Shown here one piece after another: positions 1-10,306 of a stretch of DNA of 64,000 bases (positions are counted from its first letter, which is position 1; each line of letters begins with the position of its first letter). The position numbers and the translations under genes are program-made. Below the pieces are notes generated by a model. That model was not told the origin of the DNA. It made no database searches and was given only the letters and a program-made list of their open reading frames with translations. The DNA lies in the IMG/VR virus record IMGVR_UViG_3300028283_000231; one strand, written 5' to 3'. Source of the DNA: a virus. Taxonomy: Duplodnaviria; Caudoviricetes.

Positions 1-1294
1 GATCGTTTAAATGTCTATCGTCTAATTTTTCTTGTATATCTATGATTAATTCAGCTTTAGGATTTGATTTAATTATTTCTTGTGATTTATCTGAGCTACC
101 ACCGTCAATAACTACTATTTTATCTACCCCTATGAAATTAGAATAATAGTCGAGATAGAATGGTAACATTTGTTCCTCGTTGAAACAGCAGGAAAAAACT
201 AATATTTTAATGTCTTGTTTTTTAGCAAAAAGGAATTGCCACTCTTTTAATAATAATTCATATTTTTTATCTATTAGATATGGTATAACTAGATGGCCTT
301 TACCGATATAAGTTTCTTGATCAGCTATATCGTCTATTAGAACTAATGCTTTTGGTGTCAGGAATTTTTCTGCTTTTAAATATGCCTCTAAGTGCTTTTC
401 CTCTGATATTCTTTTGTCCTCTTCTGTTCCTCTATAATCCCAAGCGTCTAGATAAAGAAGATCTATATTATCTTCAAATGTGTCGAAAAATTCAATTCCG
501 TCTGCACAAACTAGATTTACTCTATCTGTGAGCATTCCTTTATTATTCAATTGAATTTTACCATTTTCTATATAAGTATTCTCGATGTCTATTGAATATA
601 ATTTACCTCCATACGTGTTAACAAACCAACTAAAAACACTAGTTGAACAACCATCTCCAGTATTATCGAAATTTCTTTGTGTTCCTATTTCAACTATAAC
701 TGGATTTTTAATATTATTTTCTTTTATATAATTAATAGCTGGTAAAAATCCACCTCTACCGTGTTCTGGTATTTCATTTAATTTATTATAAAAGTTCAAA
801 AGTTCATCTTTATTATTTGAAGTCATTACATGTATATTATTTTTTATCACTTCGTGTGGTAAATCCCACCATTTCAATTTTAATAAAATATCAACCACGT
901 CTTTACTGAACCTTGTGAATAAGAACTCTGCTGGATTTCCACCAACAACAGTATATGGTTTTACATTTTTAGTCACGTACGATTTAGCTGATATGATGGC
1001 ACCATCTCCTATCGTTACACCGTAAGCTATAGTTGCTCCGTCACCTATCCAAACATCGTTACCAACTGTTATTTTACCTCTTACTAAATGATCATTCACT
1101 GGAAACATATCTTTTGTTTCCGCCGTATGACCAAATGGGTAAGTAGAAAATAAATTTGTTTTATGCCCCCATAATATAAACTTAACGTCCTCAGCGATAG
1201 AGCAAAATTTACCAATTTTTAATATTCCCTCACCGTTTGTTCTTGGTACTCCATAAGAGTAATCACCGTATTCGTAATCTATTTTTGGTTGCAT
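1..1294 (-). CDS. Triple-domain fusion: hexapeptide-repeat (CatB/Vat-like) acetyltransferase + class I SAM methyltransferase + GT2-like glycosyltransferase; runs off the window's left edge; absent from the ORF track
   Basis: Manual translation from ATG at 1294 stays open to base 1: MQPKIDYEYGDYSYG...IGKFCSIA...VGNDVWIGDGATI...VVGGNPA...LKWWD, then VIVEIGTQR...LLYLDAWD...VLIDD, then CCFNEEQMLPFYLDYY...VVIDGGSSD. Confidence 0.85.
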   Translation of the reverse strand, partial: MQPKIDYEYGDYSYGVPRTNGEGILKIGKFCSIAEDVKFILWGHKTNLFSTYPFGHTAETKDMFPVNDHLVRGKITVGNDVWIGDGATIAYGVTIGDGAIISAKSYVTKNVKPYTVVGGNPAEFLFTRFSKDVVDILLKLKWWDLPHEVIKNNIHVMTSNNKDELLNFYNKLNEIPEHGRGGFLPAINYIKENNIKNPVIVEIGTQRNFDNTGDGCSTSVFSWFVNTYGGKLYSIDIENTYIENGKIQLNNKGMLTDRVNLVCADGIEFFDTFEDNIDLLYLDAWDYRGTEEDKRISEEKHLEAYLKAEKFLTPKALVLIDDIADQETYIGKGHLVIPYLIDKKYELLLKEWQFLFAKKQDIKILVFSCCFNEEQMLPFYLDYYSNFIGVDKIVVIDGGSSDKSQEIIKSNPKAELIIDIQEKLDDRHLND

Positions 1295-1303
1295 TAATCA
1301 TAA

Positions 1304-1991
1304 TCATTTTTTTGGAATTGATATGTAATCAATGTCATGCACTTGTTTAAGAGAATAGGATATACTTTTAAAAAATTTAACAATATCATCAGTAGATTTA
1401 TTATACATATTTAAATGTGCTTCAGCTATTTCAATCAAAATAATTGGTTTATTTCTTAATATTGTCCCCATCAAGTACAAATGGTTCGTAACCTTGTACG
1501 TCCATTTTAATTAAACTCACATTATCGTAACGCAAATCGTCTAATCTCACCTCATCCACTAATTCACCTTCGTTTGATATATGTGTATCACCTATATTTA
1601 ATAATCCATCCAAATAAAAATTCTGTCTTTCTATATGTGTTATACCATTCTTATCAGATAAGGCTTTATTAATAGCAATAATGTTATCAAATCCGTTTGC
1701 TATTATATTTGCACACAACTGGTAATAAACTATACGTTGTGGTTCGAACGCGTAGACTTTACCTTCTTCACCAACCATTTCTGCAAATTCAAGAGTATGA
1801 GCACCCAGATTAGCACCAATGTCTATTATATTGGTGCCCTTAAAATTATAATCTTTAATTGCTTCGTATAGATGAGGTTCCCATAATCTTCCTTCTCTTA
1901 TACAACTTGTTAATCCTATATCTTGTTTAAAAAGAAAATAATGTTTATCTCTAGATGAAACGTAGTCAATAGGTAATCTTTTCATAAACAA
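1304..1991 (-). pseudogene. FkbM-family methyltransferase with a frameshift near 1465
   Basis: IIDIGANLGAH, VYAFEPQ and IKMDVQGYE motifs; the frame ends DGDNIKK*, while the expected C-terminus (TILRNKPIILIEI...SIPKK*) continues in another frame to 1304. Confidence 0.8.
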
Positions 1992-2021
1992 TTTTGTTTT
2001 TTCGTTATATTATGTTTTAGT

Positions 2022-2888
2022 ATGAATGTTTTAATAATTAACATAGGGCCACATGGTGACGTATTGAGAACCACAATACTCTTGAACCAATTTAAACACG
2101 ATAATATATATTGGTTAACATCAGTCCGTAACAAAGATATTCTTAACTCTAAACTCATTAGAAAAATATTTTATATAGAAGAACTATCACATTATTATAA
2201 CATAACAAATTACGATCTAGTCATAAGTCTCAACGAAGAACACCCATTCGACGAGCGTCCTCTATATGGAAAACTTATTGGAATTGATAAACACGGAACA
2301 TATTCAATAGAAAGTAAATACTGGTTCGATATGTCTCTTATAAGTAATTACGGAGACTGTATCGCTAACAAATTAAAAAAAGAAAATAGAAAATCTTATA
2401 ACCAAATTCTTATAGAAATGGTTGGGGGAAAATGGGAAGAACAAGAATATATCCTTGATCACGAACCAATTAAGTCAAATAAAATAGGATTAATAAAAAC
2501 AGTTAACGGTGTTTGGAAAAGTAAACAATGGAACGGATTTGATGAATTATACAATTTACTTAAAAAAGATCACGATGTTAGTTTCTTAGATATTAAACCA
2601 ACAGTTAAAGAACATATAGATGATATAAATAATTGTGGATTAATAGTTTGTCCTGATACGTTTGGAATGCATATAGCTATAGCTCTTAAAAAGAAGGTGG
2701 TAGCTTTATTTAATAGTACTTCACCTCACGAGATATATGATTACGGAAGAATGATAAAGATAACTAGTCCGTTGCAAGATAAGTATTTTTATACTAAGGA
2801 TTACAATGAAGAATTGTGTGATTCCATAGATGTCAATTACGTTTATAAAAAAATAAAAGAATTATATGGGGAAATTAATATTTTATAA
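2022..2888 (+). CDS. GT9 (heptosyltransferase-like) glycosyltransferase
   Basis: IGPHGDVLRTT N-terminal motif and CPDTFGMHIAIALKKKVVALF C-terminal motif. Confidence 0.8.
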   Translation: MNVLIINIGPHGDVLRTTILLNQFKHDNIYWLTSVRNKDILNSKLIRKIFYIEELSHYYNITNYDLVISLNEEHPFDERPLYGKLIGIDKHGTYSIESKYWFDMSLISNYGDCIANKLKKENRKSYNQILIEMVGGKWEEQEYILDHEPIKSNKIGLIKTVNGVWKSKQWNGFDELYNLLKKDHDVSFLDIKPTVKEHIDDINNCGLIVCPDTFGMHIAIALKKKVVALFNSTSPHEIYDYGRMIKITSPLQDKYFYTKDYNEELCDSIDVNYVYKKIKELYGEINIL

Positions 2889-3975
2889 TTTATGGCATAA
2901 TGGTGATATTCATTTCACTAGGTCGTATATTAGAGATATAATGAAAAAAACAAATTTTGACGAATATCAATATTTGCATAACAATAATCCAGGTATATTA
3001 AGAGACATTCCTAATTTAGTATATGGTAAAACAAATGAATATTGTCAAGATACTACAATTGTATTAAGAGTTAATAACGATTTGTACATAAATGTTTGGA
3101 TAGGTTTTTATAATTCTTTATTTAACGAAGAAGTGGATTCACCGGTACGTACTGTATCTGGTGTTCTTTATAGATTTTTCACACACATATACGAAAAATT
3201 GGGAATAAAACTTGGAGACGAAAGAGATTACGTGCCTTTTATAGAATTTGATTCATTTGATAAAACTAAAATAGATACCTTTATTGAAACTAATAAATAT
3301 CCAAAAGTTCTTGTCGTAAACGGTCCTGTATTTGCCTACCAATCTGTGATAGAAATCAATTTCATGGATATAATAAACAGATTATCAGAAGATTATCCAT
3401 ATGTTCAATTTCTTTTAACTGAGCGAATAGCGTTAGATAAACCTAATGTTTTATTCACGTCGGATATAGCACCTGAGTTAATGGATATATCTTATTTATC
3501 GATGTTTTGTGACGTGATATTTGGGAGATCAACGGGTCCCTATGTTTTTAGTTGGATGGAAAAGAATTTAAAAGATACACAGAAAACTTACATTTGTGCT
3601 TCTTCAAAATTAAGGCATATAACTTGGGGGACTAAATCAAATTGTAAAAATGTTTGGATAGAAGATTATAATGAAATTTATAATATAGTTAAAGACGAGT
3701 TAAAATTTCTATCACCCATAACAGTAAATGATTTTACAATTAGATGTGTAGTTGATAGAATATATGTAAAGCCTAATATAGATATTACCCCGGAACACGA
3801 CGTGAGTTTTTATTTCTATACAGGAGATAGGAAAAATTGGGAACATAAGAATTACGTGGCATTAGCTGGAATGGAAAGCTGGTATATTCCTTATCACGGT
3901 TATAATTGTGAACATAATCGTATAAAAATGGAATTTAGAACCGCTAAAAATTTATTATTCTTTTTAGATTTATAA
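2866..3975 (+). CDS. Hypothetical protein, possibly GT-B glycosyltransferase-like
   Basis: 369-aa ORF in the sugar cluster; HNGDIHF N-terminus and CDVIFGRSTGP segment. Confidence 0.45.
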   Translation: MGKLIFYNLWHNGDIHFTRSYIRDIMKKTNFDEYQYLHNNNPGILRDIPNLVYGKTNEYCQDTTIVLRVNNDLYINVWIGFYNSLFNEEVDSPVRTVSGVLYRFFTHIYEKLGIKLGDERDYVPFIEFDSFDKTKIDTFIETNKYPKVLVVNGPVFAYQSVIEINFMDIINRLSEDYPYVQFLLTERIALDKPNVLFTSDIAPELMDISYLSMFCDVIFGRSTGPYVFSWMEKNLKDTQKTYICASSKLRHITWGTKSNCKNVWIEDYNEIYNIVKDELKFLSPITVNDFTIRCVVDRIYVKPNIDITPEHDVSFYFYTGDRKNWEHKNYVALAGMESWYIPYHGYNCEHNRIKMEFRTAKNLLFFLDL

Positions 3976-4605
3976 CTTCTTCAAGATGTAATTATTAAGA
4001 GTGCCAAGTGAATCGTAAATTTTTACCACTTTGCCTTCTACCATTTTATAATCGTAATAAATAGGTATATGTTGTTCCAAACTACCAATTATTTCGAACC
4101 CTTTAAAGTTATCTATATTTCTCATGTAGTCTACGGCTTTTTTAACATCGGGTGAATATTTATCCATGTAATCATCAAATACAATGTAACCACCAACTTC
4201 TACTAGCTCTTTATAAACAGAATAATCTTTAATAACGTCAAAATAGTTATGACTTCCGTCAATGAAAATCAAATCAAATTTGCCTTGAATTATTTCTAAA
4301 ATGGATTTATCAGTAGAATTAGTTTGAAATATACCAGCGTTGATTTTATATTTATCTAAATTTTTATATAATAATTCTCTCACTTTAATGTCTATACCAT
4401 ATACCTCTTTTACTTTTGGATGCTGAGCAACGTAACAAAAACTAGCACCGTCCCATAATCCAATTTCTAAATATCTTATATCTCTATCTAATTGATCTAT
4501 AAGATATTCTAAGATAAAATAATGTTCGTGGAATCTTTCTCCTTCGAAATCTTCGAGATATGGTTGCATTTTATCTAAATAATATTGTTGTTTTTCTTTA
4601 GTCAT
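3970..4605 (-). CDS. Class I SAM methyltransferase (Methyltransf_24-like)
   Basis: YLEIGLWDGAS, FDLIFIDGSHNY, GGYIVFDDY. Confidence 0.85.
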   Translation of the reverse strand: MTKEKQQYYLDKMQPYLEDFEGERFHEHYFILEYLIDQLDRDIRYLEIGLWDGASFCYVAQHPKVKEVYGIDIKVRELLYKNLDKYKINAGIFQTNSTDKSILEIIQGKFDLIFIDGSHNYFDVIKDYSVYKELVEVGGYIVFDDYMDKYSPDVKKAVDYMRNIDNFKGFEIIGSLEQHIPIYYDYKMVEGKVVKIYDSLGTLNNYILKKL

Positions 4606-5651
4606 TTTGCCTTTAAGTAATTTATTATATAATCTAAATCGCTATTGTTCATATCAGCATTCAAAGGGAAACAAACGATCTCTTCGTATAATTTATTAGA
4701 GTTAGTAAATCCGATTAAAGGTTCGTAATATTTCTTATATTCTACGTCTTTAATGTCTATTTCTTCTTTAAATGATTTGATAGGTAAACATGATATTAAA
4801 CTATTATCGTAAGGTTTAATTAATTCAAATCTAGTTTCTCTTAATCTGTTTTCGAAATATTTTGCCAATTCTTTATGAATATGATCAATGGCGTAAAAAT
4901 TGTCTAAATGTTGAAGAATGAAGGCAGCAGATATATCGCTCATTCTCCAGTTAGATCCGTGTACAGACCATTTCTTAATTGATTTAGTATATCCAAAATT
5001 TATTGATTTTCTAACATCTGCTTCGTATTCTCTATCAACTATAATAACTCCGCCTTCACCGAAACCGAGTGGTTTCGTGTGATGTAAACTAATTATAGAA
5101 CCAACTCCGAAATTATTTATATTTAAAAAATTGTAAAAAGTGTATGGGGCAGTAGCACTATCAAAGATAAGGTATTTATCGTTATCTACACTCCATTTAA
5201 TAAATTTTTCAACTTCACTAGCAAATCCAAACATATTAGTAACTATAACACCGTTAATGTTATCTTTGATATGTTCTAAAGAATTTAGATCTGGTGATAT
5301 ATCATTATAGTCTATATCTACTATAACAGAATTTCTCAGCACACCTTGAGCTGAAACTGGGAATGTATAATCTTGGGTCGCCCATCGTGTTTCAACTCCA
5401 AGTTTATTATTTATACCTGAAACAAGAGCGTGTAGTGCGGCGGTTCCGCTACAAGTTGGAATTACAACTTTACTGGAACTAATTTTTAATATAGATCTAA
5501 GTCTATCGCTTAGCATTTTTTGCAAAGGCCCGTCGTTACTAAATTGATTTTCTTTAATAGAAAATTCCATATAGTGTTTAACTCTATCCCAGTTTATTTC
5601 TTTCTTATTTACCCAATTTATTCTCATTTTGTCCAGTCTATTGTTGCACAA
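4602..5651 (-). CDS. DegT/DnrJ/EryC1/StrS PLP-dependent sugar aminotransferase (probable start at 5627)
   Basis: CSGTAALHAL, LIFDSATA, SLHHTKPLGFGEGG (PLP lysine), NWRMSDISAA. Confidence 0.9.
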   Translation of the reverse strand: MCNNRLDKMRINWVNKKEINWDRVKHYMEFSIKENQFSNDGPLQKMLSDRLRSILKISSSKVVIPTCSGTAALHALVSGINNKLGVETRWATQDYTFPVSAQGVLRNSVIVDIDYNDISPDLNSLEHIKDNINGVIVTNMFGFASEVEKFIKWSVDNDKYLIFDSATAPYTFYNFLNINNFGVGSIISLHHTKPLGFGEGGVIIVDREYEADVRKSINFGYTKSIKKWSVHGSNWRMSDISAAFILQHLDNFYAIDHIHKELAKYFENRLRETRFELIKPYDNSLISCLPIKSFKEEIDIKDVEYKKYYEPLIGFTNSNKLYEEIVCFPLNADMNNSDLDYIINYLKAK

Positions 5652-6340
5652 TATCCTTCAGCTAAATGATAAGCAGTAGCTTTGGGTATATGATAAGTAT
5701 CTAATTTGCCTTCTTTTACGTCTTTATATATTCTGTCCCAAAGATCAGCGTCAGAAGCTTTTTTCTCACCTTTATCTATCATATTAATATATCTATGTTT
5801 TATTTTACTTATATTAAAAGTTACAGTCTGGTGAATGACTTGTCTGCCTTTTGGAGGTAAATTGTTAATAACATCGTCAGTTAAATTAGGTGGGAAAAGG
5901 TTTTTAGGCCTTACGTAGTGAGCCTTTGAATAAACAAAAGATACTGTTGGATATTTAAGATAGGTTTTATTGTGTAGTTCAAGGTGATTAACTTCCCATT
6001 TGTCCTCGTAATCAAAATGAGCGTAATAATCTATTCCTTCTTTTTCTAATAACTCTATCCCTTTATTAAGAGCGTTTGTGCCACTACATAACCAAAGATC
6101 GTTACCAGTATAACGACTTCTTTCGTCTGCTACGGGTAAATTCACATATGTTATCATACTTGATGGAACGCGCGAAGTAATAAATTCTAGTTCTTCTGGT
6201 TTATCGTAATCGTCTCCAATTAGAAATAGTTTCCAATCAGAGTGTGTTTGCATCATTATATTTTGTATGGCTCTATATAAGAAGACTATTGTTTGTCCGT
6301 CTTTTCTATAATAAGTGGGTAGTACTATTCCGAATTTCAT
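5624..6340 (-). CDS. GT2-family glycosyltransferase
   Basis: IVLPTYYR...WKLFLIGDD...NALNKG...YYAHFDYED...DADLW. Confidence 0.75.
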   Translation of the reverse strand: MKFGIVLPTYYRKDGQTIVFLYRAIQNIMMQTHSDWKLFLIGDDYDKPEELEFITSRVPSSMITYVNLPVADERSRYTGNDLWLCSGTNALNKGIELLEKEGIDYYAHFDYEDKWEVNHLELHNKTYLKYPTVSFVYSKAHYVRPKNLFPPNLTDDVINNLPPKGRQVIHQTVTFNISKIKHRYINMIDKGEKKASDADLWDRIYKDVKEGKLDTYHIPKATAYHLAEGYCATIDWTK

Positions 6341-7071
6341 TGTTTAGTTAATTCAATTTTGATGAATATTTTATCCCCGTTATCGTTAATAAAATAAGCA
6401 TTTTTAAAATCCCCGTGCGATAAAGCCTTCAATTTAGTTATATGATTAAAAAATGTGTCTTTATCGTTTATATCAATCTTTCCAAGATCGTTAAAATCTT
6501 TCTTGTAATTTATATTTCCTTCATCTGGTATTCTAACGAAAGAATAATTCTTATTAATTATATCTATCAGATTTCTATCAAGGAGTTTCATTTCAACGTC
6601 AACTACTTTTTCGTAAACTGAAAGAGAAGTGTCGTGTGGTTCTATATATATTCGCTCTTGGGTTATAATGGGCCCGTGATCAATCTTATTATCTATTTCG
6701 TGTATAGTTACACCAAAAGGTAGTCCATTTAATATGGAAAACACTTGTGGGTACCATCCTCTATTATAAGGGTTATAACCTGGATGTATATTAATACATC
6801 TTACTTTTTCTATGAGTTCTTTTGGAAATAATTGTTTACAATGTAACGAGAAGATAATTTCGTATTTATATAAACTTTTATCTCTAACGTCAATTGGTTC
6901 AACTGGTTTGTACATCCAAGAGTTAAAAGATTTATGATAATCAGCACAAAAGTCGTAATTATTATAGCTCCAACCGTAATCAAAGTCTTCTCTAAGTTTT
7001 TTAGATACGACTATTTGATTAAATCTTGCTAATAATTCTATTTTATCCGTGATTAAAAGGAATTTTCTCAT
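6337..7071 (-). CDS. NDP-4-amino-4,6-dideoxyhexose N-formyltransferase (VioF/WbtJ-like)
   Basis: CINIHPGYNPYNRGWYPQVFSI, GVTIHEIDNKIDHGPII; two genes from a DegT aminotransferase. Confidence 0.85.
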   Translation of the reverse strand: MRKFLLITDKIELLARFNQIVVSKKLREDFDYGWSYNNYDFCADYHKSFNSWMYKPVEPIDVRDKSLYKYEIIFSLHCKQLFPKELIEKVRCINIHPGYNPYNRGWYPQVFSILNGLPFGVTIHEIDNKIDHGPIITQERIYIEPHDTSLSVYEKVVDVEMKLLDRNLIDIINKNYSFVRIPDEGNINYKKDFNDLGKIDINDKDTFFNHITKLKALSHGDFKNAYFINDNGDKIFIKIELTKQ

Positions 7072-7110
7072 TGATTAATATAATGAGAAAAGATTAAAAA
7101 GTTTATTCAA

Positions 7111-7905
7111 TTATCCTCTACGGTGCATTGATGGAGGTCCCGATTTTTTAAGAAAATCCTCTATTGTTTTATAAAATCCTTTCTTTTTAGGTTTTTCAGG
7201 TGGAGGGTTATGTCTTCTAGCTTGTTCTTCTTCGAAGTTTCTTCTATGTAAGGCTTCAATATTAGCTTCCCTACCTCTTTCGAATTCTCTGACTCTACGT
7301 TCCTGGTCTCTTTGTAACATTGCTATAACATCTGCTGGTGGTATATGACGATGAGCCATTCTTGCTCTACCAGCGTCTCTTACATCTGGTGCTGGAATAG
7401 GTTCTACCATATCATCTTCAACGTCCCAATCCTCTTCACCGTAGGCTGCTTCCACTGGATCTCTTTCTGGTTTTTTAACTTTTTCTGGGGTATCCCATAC
7501 TTCTTCACCATAAGGATCAACGTCTGCATGTACTTTTCTTTCTAAATCTTCGTGATAACGAGCACATATATTTAATATAACATCTAAATATTTAGTTCTA
7601 TTATAAATATCACTTTTAAATTTTCTACTATGTGTAGTATTACCTTGTTTGTCTTTTATTATCAATTCGTAAATCTCTGAAAATTCATCGGGACAAGTTT
7701 TAATTATTTCAAAATCGCAATAGGTGTCCTCACACGTGGCAGATTTATTGATGATAACAAACCCTTCATCTTCTAATAATTTCTTTTCTGCCAGTCCAAA
7801 ACTTTTTCCTTTTTCTGGATCAAAAGGCATAAAGGTATCGCCTATTTCGAAATTAGCAGGAGCTTTTCTTTTTAGTTCTTCAAATAATTTAAAACTCTTT
7901 ATCAT
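7111..7905 (-). CDS. Hypothetical late protein with a capsid-targeting-like leader and two DPYGEExW-type tags
   Basis: MIKSFKLFEE start; DVDPYGEEVWD and AAYGEEDWD; TTTAATATATA just upstream. Confidence 0.7.
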   Translation of the reverse strand: MIKSFKLFEELKRKAPANFEIGDTFMPFDPEKGKSFGLAEKKLLEDEGFVIINKSATCEDTYCDFEIIKTCPDEFSEIYELIIKDKQGNTTHSRKFKSDIYNRTKYLDVILNICARYHEDLERKVHADVDPYGEEVWDTPEKVKKPERDPVEAAYGEEDWDVEDDMVEPIPAPDVRDAGRARMAHRHIPPADVIAMLQRDQERRVREFERGREANIEALHRRNFEEEQARRHNPPPEKPKKKGFYKTIEDFLKKSGPPSMHRRG

Positions 7906-7913
7906 AGTAACTG

Positions 7914-7924
7914 TATATATTAAA
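7914..7924 (-). promoter_or_regulatory. Putative phage late promoter TTTAATATATA (representative copy)
   Basis: Exact copies upstream of genes at 7914(-), 17048(-), 24218(-), 32441(+), 42917(-), 50975(-), 51034(+), 54953(+), 58707(-), plus TTTTATATATA variants; analogous to the T4 late TATAAATA. Confidence 0.7.
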
Positions 7925-7986
7925 ATAAACTTTTAATATTTTTATCTATAAATAGTACAACACATTAAAAAATAATTGACTATGAA

Positions 7987-8238
7987 ATGAAAATTATAGA
8001 AATAAAGAACGGTGATGAATTATCAAAGTTTATAGAAGAGTATAAACAATTTCACTCTGAAAGAGGAATAGCTGAAAGTTCAAATATTTTAGTTGGAAAC
8101 TATAATCAAGATAAAGGTAAATTTCTTGTTGTTGATAAAAATGATGACTTGGTTTATGAAGTCAATAAAATATATATTTGTCGACATCAAAATACACACA
8201 TGTTAGATTATAAAATTGAATATTGTGAAATTGGATAA
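7987..8238 (+). CDS. Hypothetical protein
   Basis: 83-aa ORF with phage-like codon usage, behind an AAACTTT...TATAAA element. Confidence 0.6.
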   Translation: MKIIEIKNGDELSKFIEEYKQFHSERGIAESSNILVGNYNQDKGKFLVVDKNDDLVYEVNKIYICRHQNTHMLDYKIEYCEIG

Positions 8239-8300
8239 TTTACCATAAAATTTCTTGAAATGATTTCAAGTGTAAATATTCAAAAAGAATATTCCTATAA

Positions 8301-9374
8301 ATGGAATTTAAAAAGCAATTAGAATGTATGAAAAAAAGGGCGTTAATAACAGGTATAACAGGAATGGATGGTTCTCACTTATCAGAGCTTCTTTTAGAAA
8401 AAGGTTACGAAGTACACGGTATAATTAGACGTTCCAGTTCATTTAATACTGGAAGAATTGATCATATTTACCCCCAATTAAAACTTCATTACGGTGACGT
8501 TACTGATACTCTTTCAATAGAACACGTCATTCAAGACATTAAACCAGATGAATTATATAATCTGGCAGCCCAATCCCACGTAGCAGTTTCTTTTGAACTC
8601 CCTGAATATACAGGTCAAGTAGACGCATTAGGTGTACTTAGAATATTAGAAACAGTTAGACGTTACTCTCCACATACAAAGATATATCAAGCATCTACAT
8701 CAGAATTGTTTGGTAAAGTAGAAGAAGTACCACAAAAAGAAACAACACCATTCCATCCCAGATCTCCTTACGGTGTAGCTAAACTTTACGCTTACTGGAT
8801 TTGTAAAAATTACAGAGAAGCTTATAACTTATTCATCTCTAACGGTATATTATTTAATCACGAAGGCGAGCGTAGAGGTGAAACATTCGTAACAAGAAAA
8901 ATTACAAAAGGTTTGGTTGAGTGGACAAAAACAAAAACCCCTATACATTTAGGTAATTTAAATGCTAAAAGAGATTGGGGTTACGCTAAAGATTTTGTAT
9001 ATGGTATGTATCTCATGTTACAACAAGATAAACCAGATGATTTCGTTTTAGCTACAGGTGAAGCACATTCGAATAAAGAATTTATTGAAGAAGCTTGTAA
9101 ATACGTTAATATTGATATAGTATGGCGTGGAGAAGGAGTTAATGAAATTGGGGTAGATAAAAATTCTGGTGACGCTATTGTGATACAAGTTGATCCAAAA
9201 TATTTCAGACCAGCAGAAGTTGATCTTTTACTTGGTGATCCAACAAAGGCCAAGGAAGTTCTTGGTTGGGAAGCTAAAACTAAATTTAAAGATTTGGTTA
9301 AACTCATGATGGAAAGTGATTTAGATAAATATGGTGAAAAAAATCTATGGCAAAAATTTTTTAAGAAGGGATAA
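8301..9374 (+). CDS. gmd: GDP-mannose 4,6-dehydratase (probable start at 8328)
   Basis: ALITGITGMDGSHL, YNLAAQSHV, YQASTSELFG, PRSPYGVAKLY, NHEGERRGETFVTRKI, RDWGYAKD, FRPAEVD. Confidence 0.97.
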   Translation: MEFKKQLECMKKRALITGITGMDGSHLSELLLEKGYEVHGIIRRSSSFNTGRIDHIYPQLKLHYGDVTDTLSIEHVIQDIKPDELYNLAAQSHVAVSFELPEYTGQVDALGVLRILETVRRYSPHTKIYQASTSELFGKVEEVPQKETTPFHPRSPYGVAKLYAYWICKNYREAYNLFISNGILFNHEGERRGETFVTRKITKGLVEWTKTKTPIHLGNLNAKRDWGYAKDFVYGMYLMLQQDKPDDFVLATGEAHSNKEFIEEACKYVNIDIVWRGEGVNEIGVDKNSGDAIVIQVDPKYFRPAEVDLLLGDPTKAKEVLGWEAKTKFKDLVKLMMESDLDKYGEKNLWQKFFKKG

Positions 9375-10242
9375 GTTAATGAAAATACCAACCGAAAATG
9401 ATTTTTATGTTAGAATAGAAAAAGAGCCTAATAAGGTTATTATTAATTCTGTTAATTTAAATGACGCTGGTGGTAGTGAGCATTTAAATAAAATATTAAA
9501 AATAGATTTTATTTTAAATGGCAACATTTCTTATTCACTTTCATGTAATTTTTCTGATCCGAATATTAATCATTGGATAGTACCATATGGTTATTCAAAT
9601 GATAATGACGATTTAATATTAAATTTTTACGACGAATCTAGACATTTATTTGATATAAAAATTGATAAATTATATGGTAATCACATTTATAATAAAATAG
9701 ATGGTTGGTTTGATTTCCAAAGTGTTTATAAAGAAGCTGTTCAAAACGGAAAAGACGGAGATCATTTTGTTGAAATAGGTTCTTGGTTAGGGCGTTCTGG
9801 TTCTTTTATGGCGACTGAAATAAAAAATTCAGGCAAAAAAATAAAATTTGATTGTATAGACACTTGGCAAGGATCAGGTGAAGTATATCACGAAGAATAT
9901 TTGAAAGATAATAGTTTATACGATAATTTTTTAAAAAACATATCACCTTTAAAAGAGTACATAAATCCAATAGTAGAATATTCTTATATAGCTCCAAAAT
10001 ATTACGAAGATTTGTCTTTAGATTTTGTTTTTATAGACGCTGATCATAGTTACGAGATAGCTAAAAAAGATATAACAGAATGGTACCCAAAAGTAAAAAT
10101 AGGCGGAACAATCGCTGGTCACGATTATTATAATTCATGGCACGTTCAAAAAGCTGTGAATGAAATATTTGGAGAAAATATAACACAAAATAGATTATCA
10201 TGGATTCATAAAAAAGAGAGCGATCTCTTTCCACTAAATTGA
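9331..10242 (+). CDS. Unknown N-terminal domain + class I SAM methyltransferase (Methyltransf_24-like); probable start at 9379
   Basis: FVEIGSWLGRS, CIDTW, LDFVFIDADHSY, GGTIAGHDY. Confidence 0.85.
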   Translation: MVKKIYGKNFLRRDKLMKIPTENDFYVRIEKEPNKVIINSVNLNDAGGSEHLNKILKIDFILNGNISYSLSCNFSDPNINHWIVPYGYSNDNDDLILNFYDESRHLFDIKIDKLYGNHIYNKIDGWFDFQSVYKEAVQNGKDGDHFVEIGSWLGRSGSFMATEIKNSGKKIKFDCIDTWQGSGEVYHEEYLKDNSLYDNFLKNISPLKEYINPIVEYSYIAPKYYEDLSLDFVFIDADHSYEIAKKDITEWYPKVKIGGTIAGHDYYNSWHVQKAVNEIFGENITQNRLSWIHKKESDLFPLN

Positions 10243-10306
10243 TAATCAGTGTATTATAAATAACAAGATTAAAAATTTATATATAGGTAAAAAATATAAT
10301 ACGAAA

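Noticed and set aside
860-1294. Chloramphenicol/streptogramin resistance gene (catB/vat)
   Set aside because: The domain is fused to a methyltransferase and a glycosyltransferase inside a sugar cluster, so a sugar acetyltransferase is the simpler reading.
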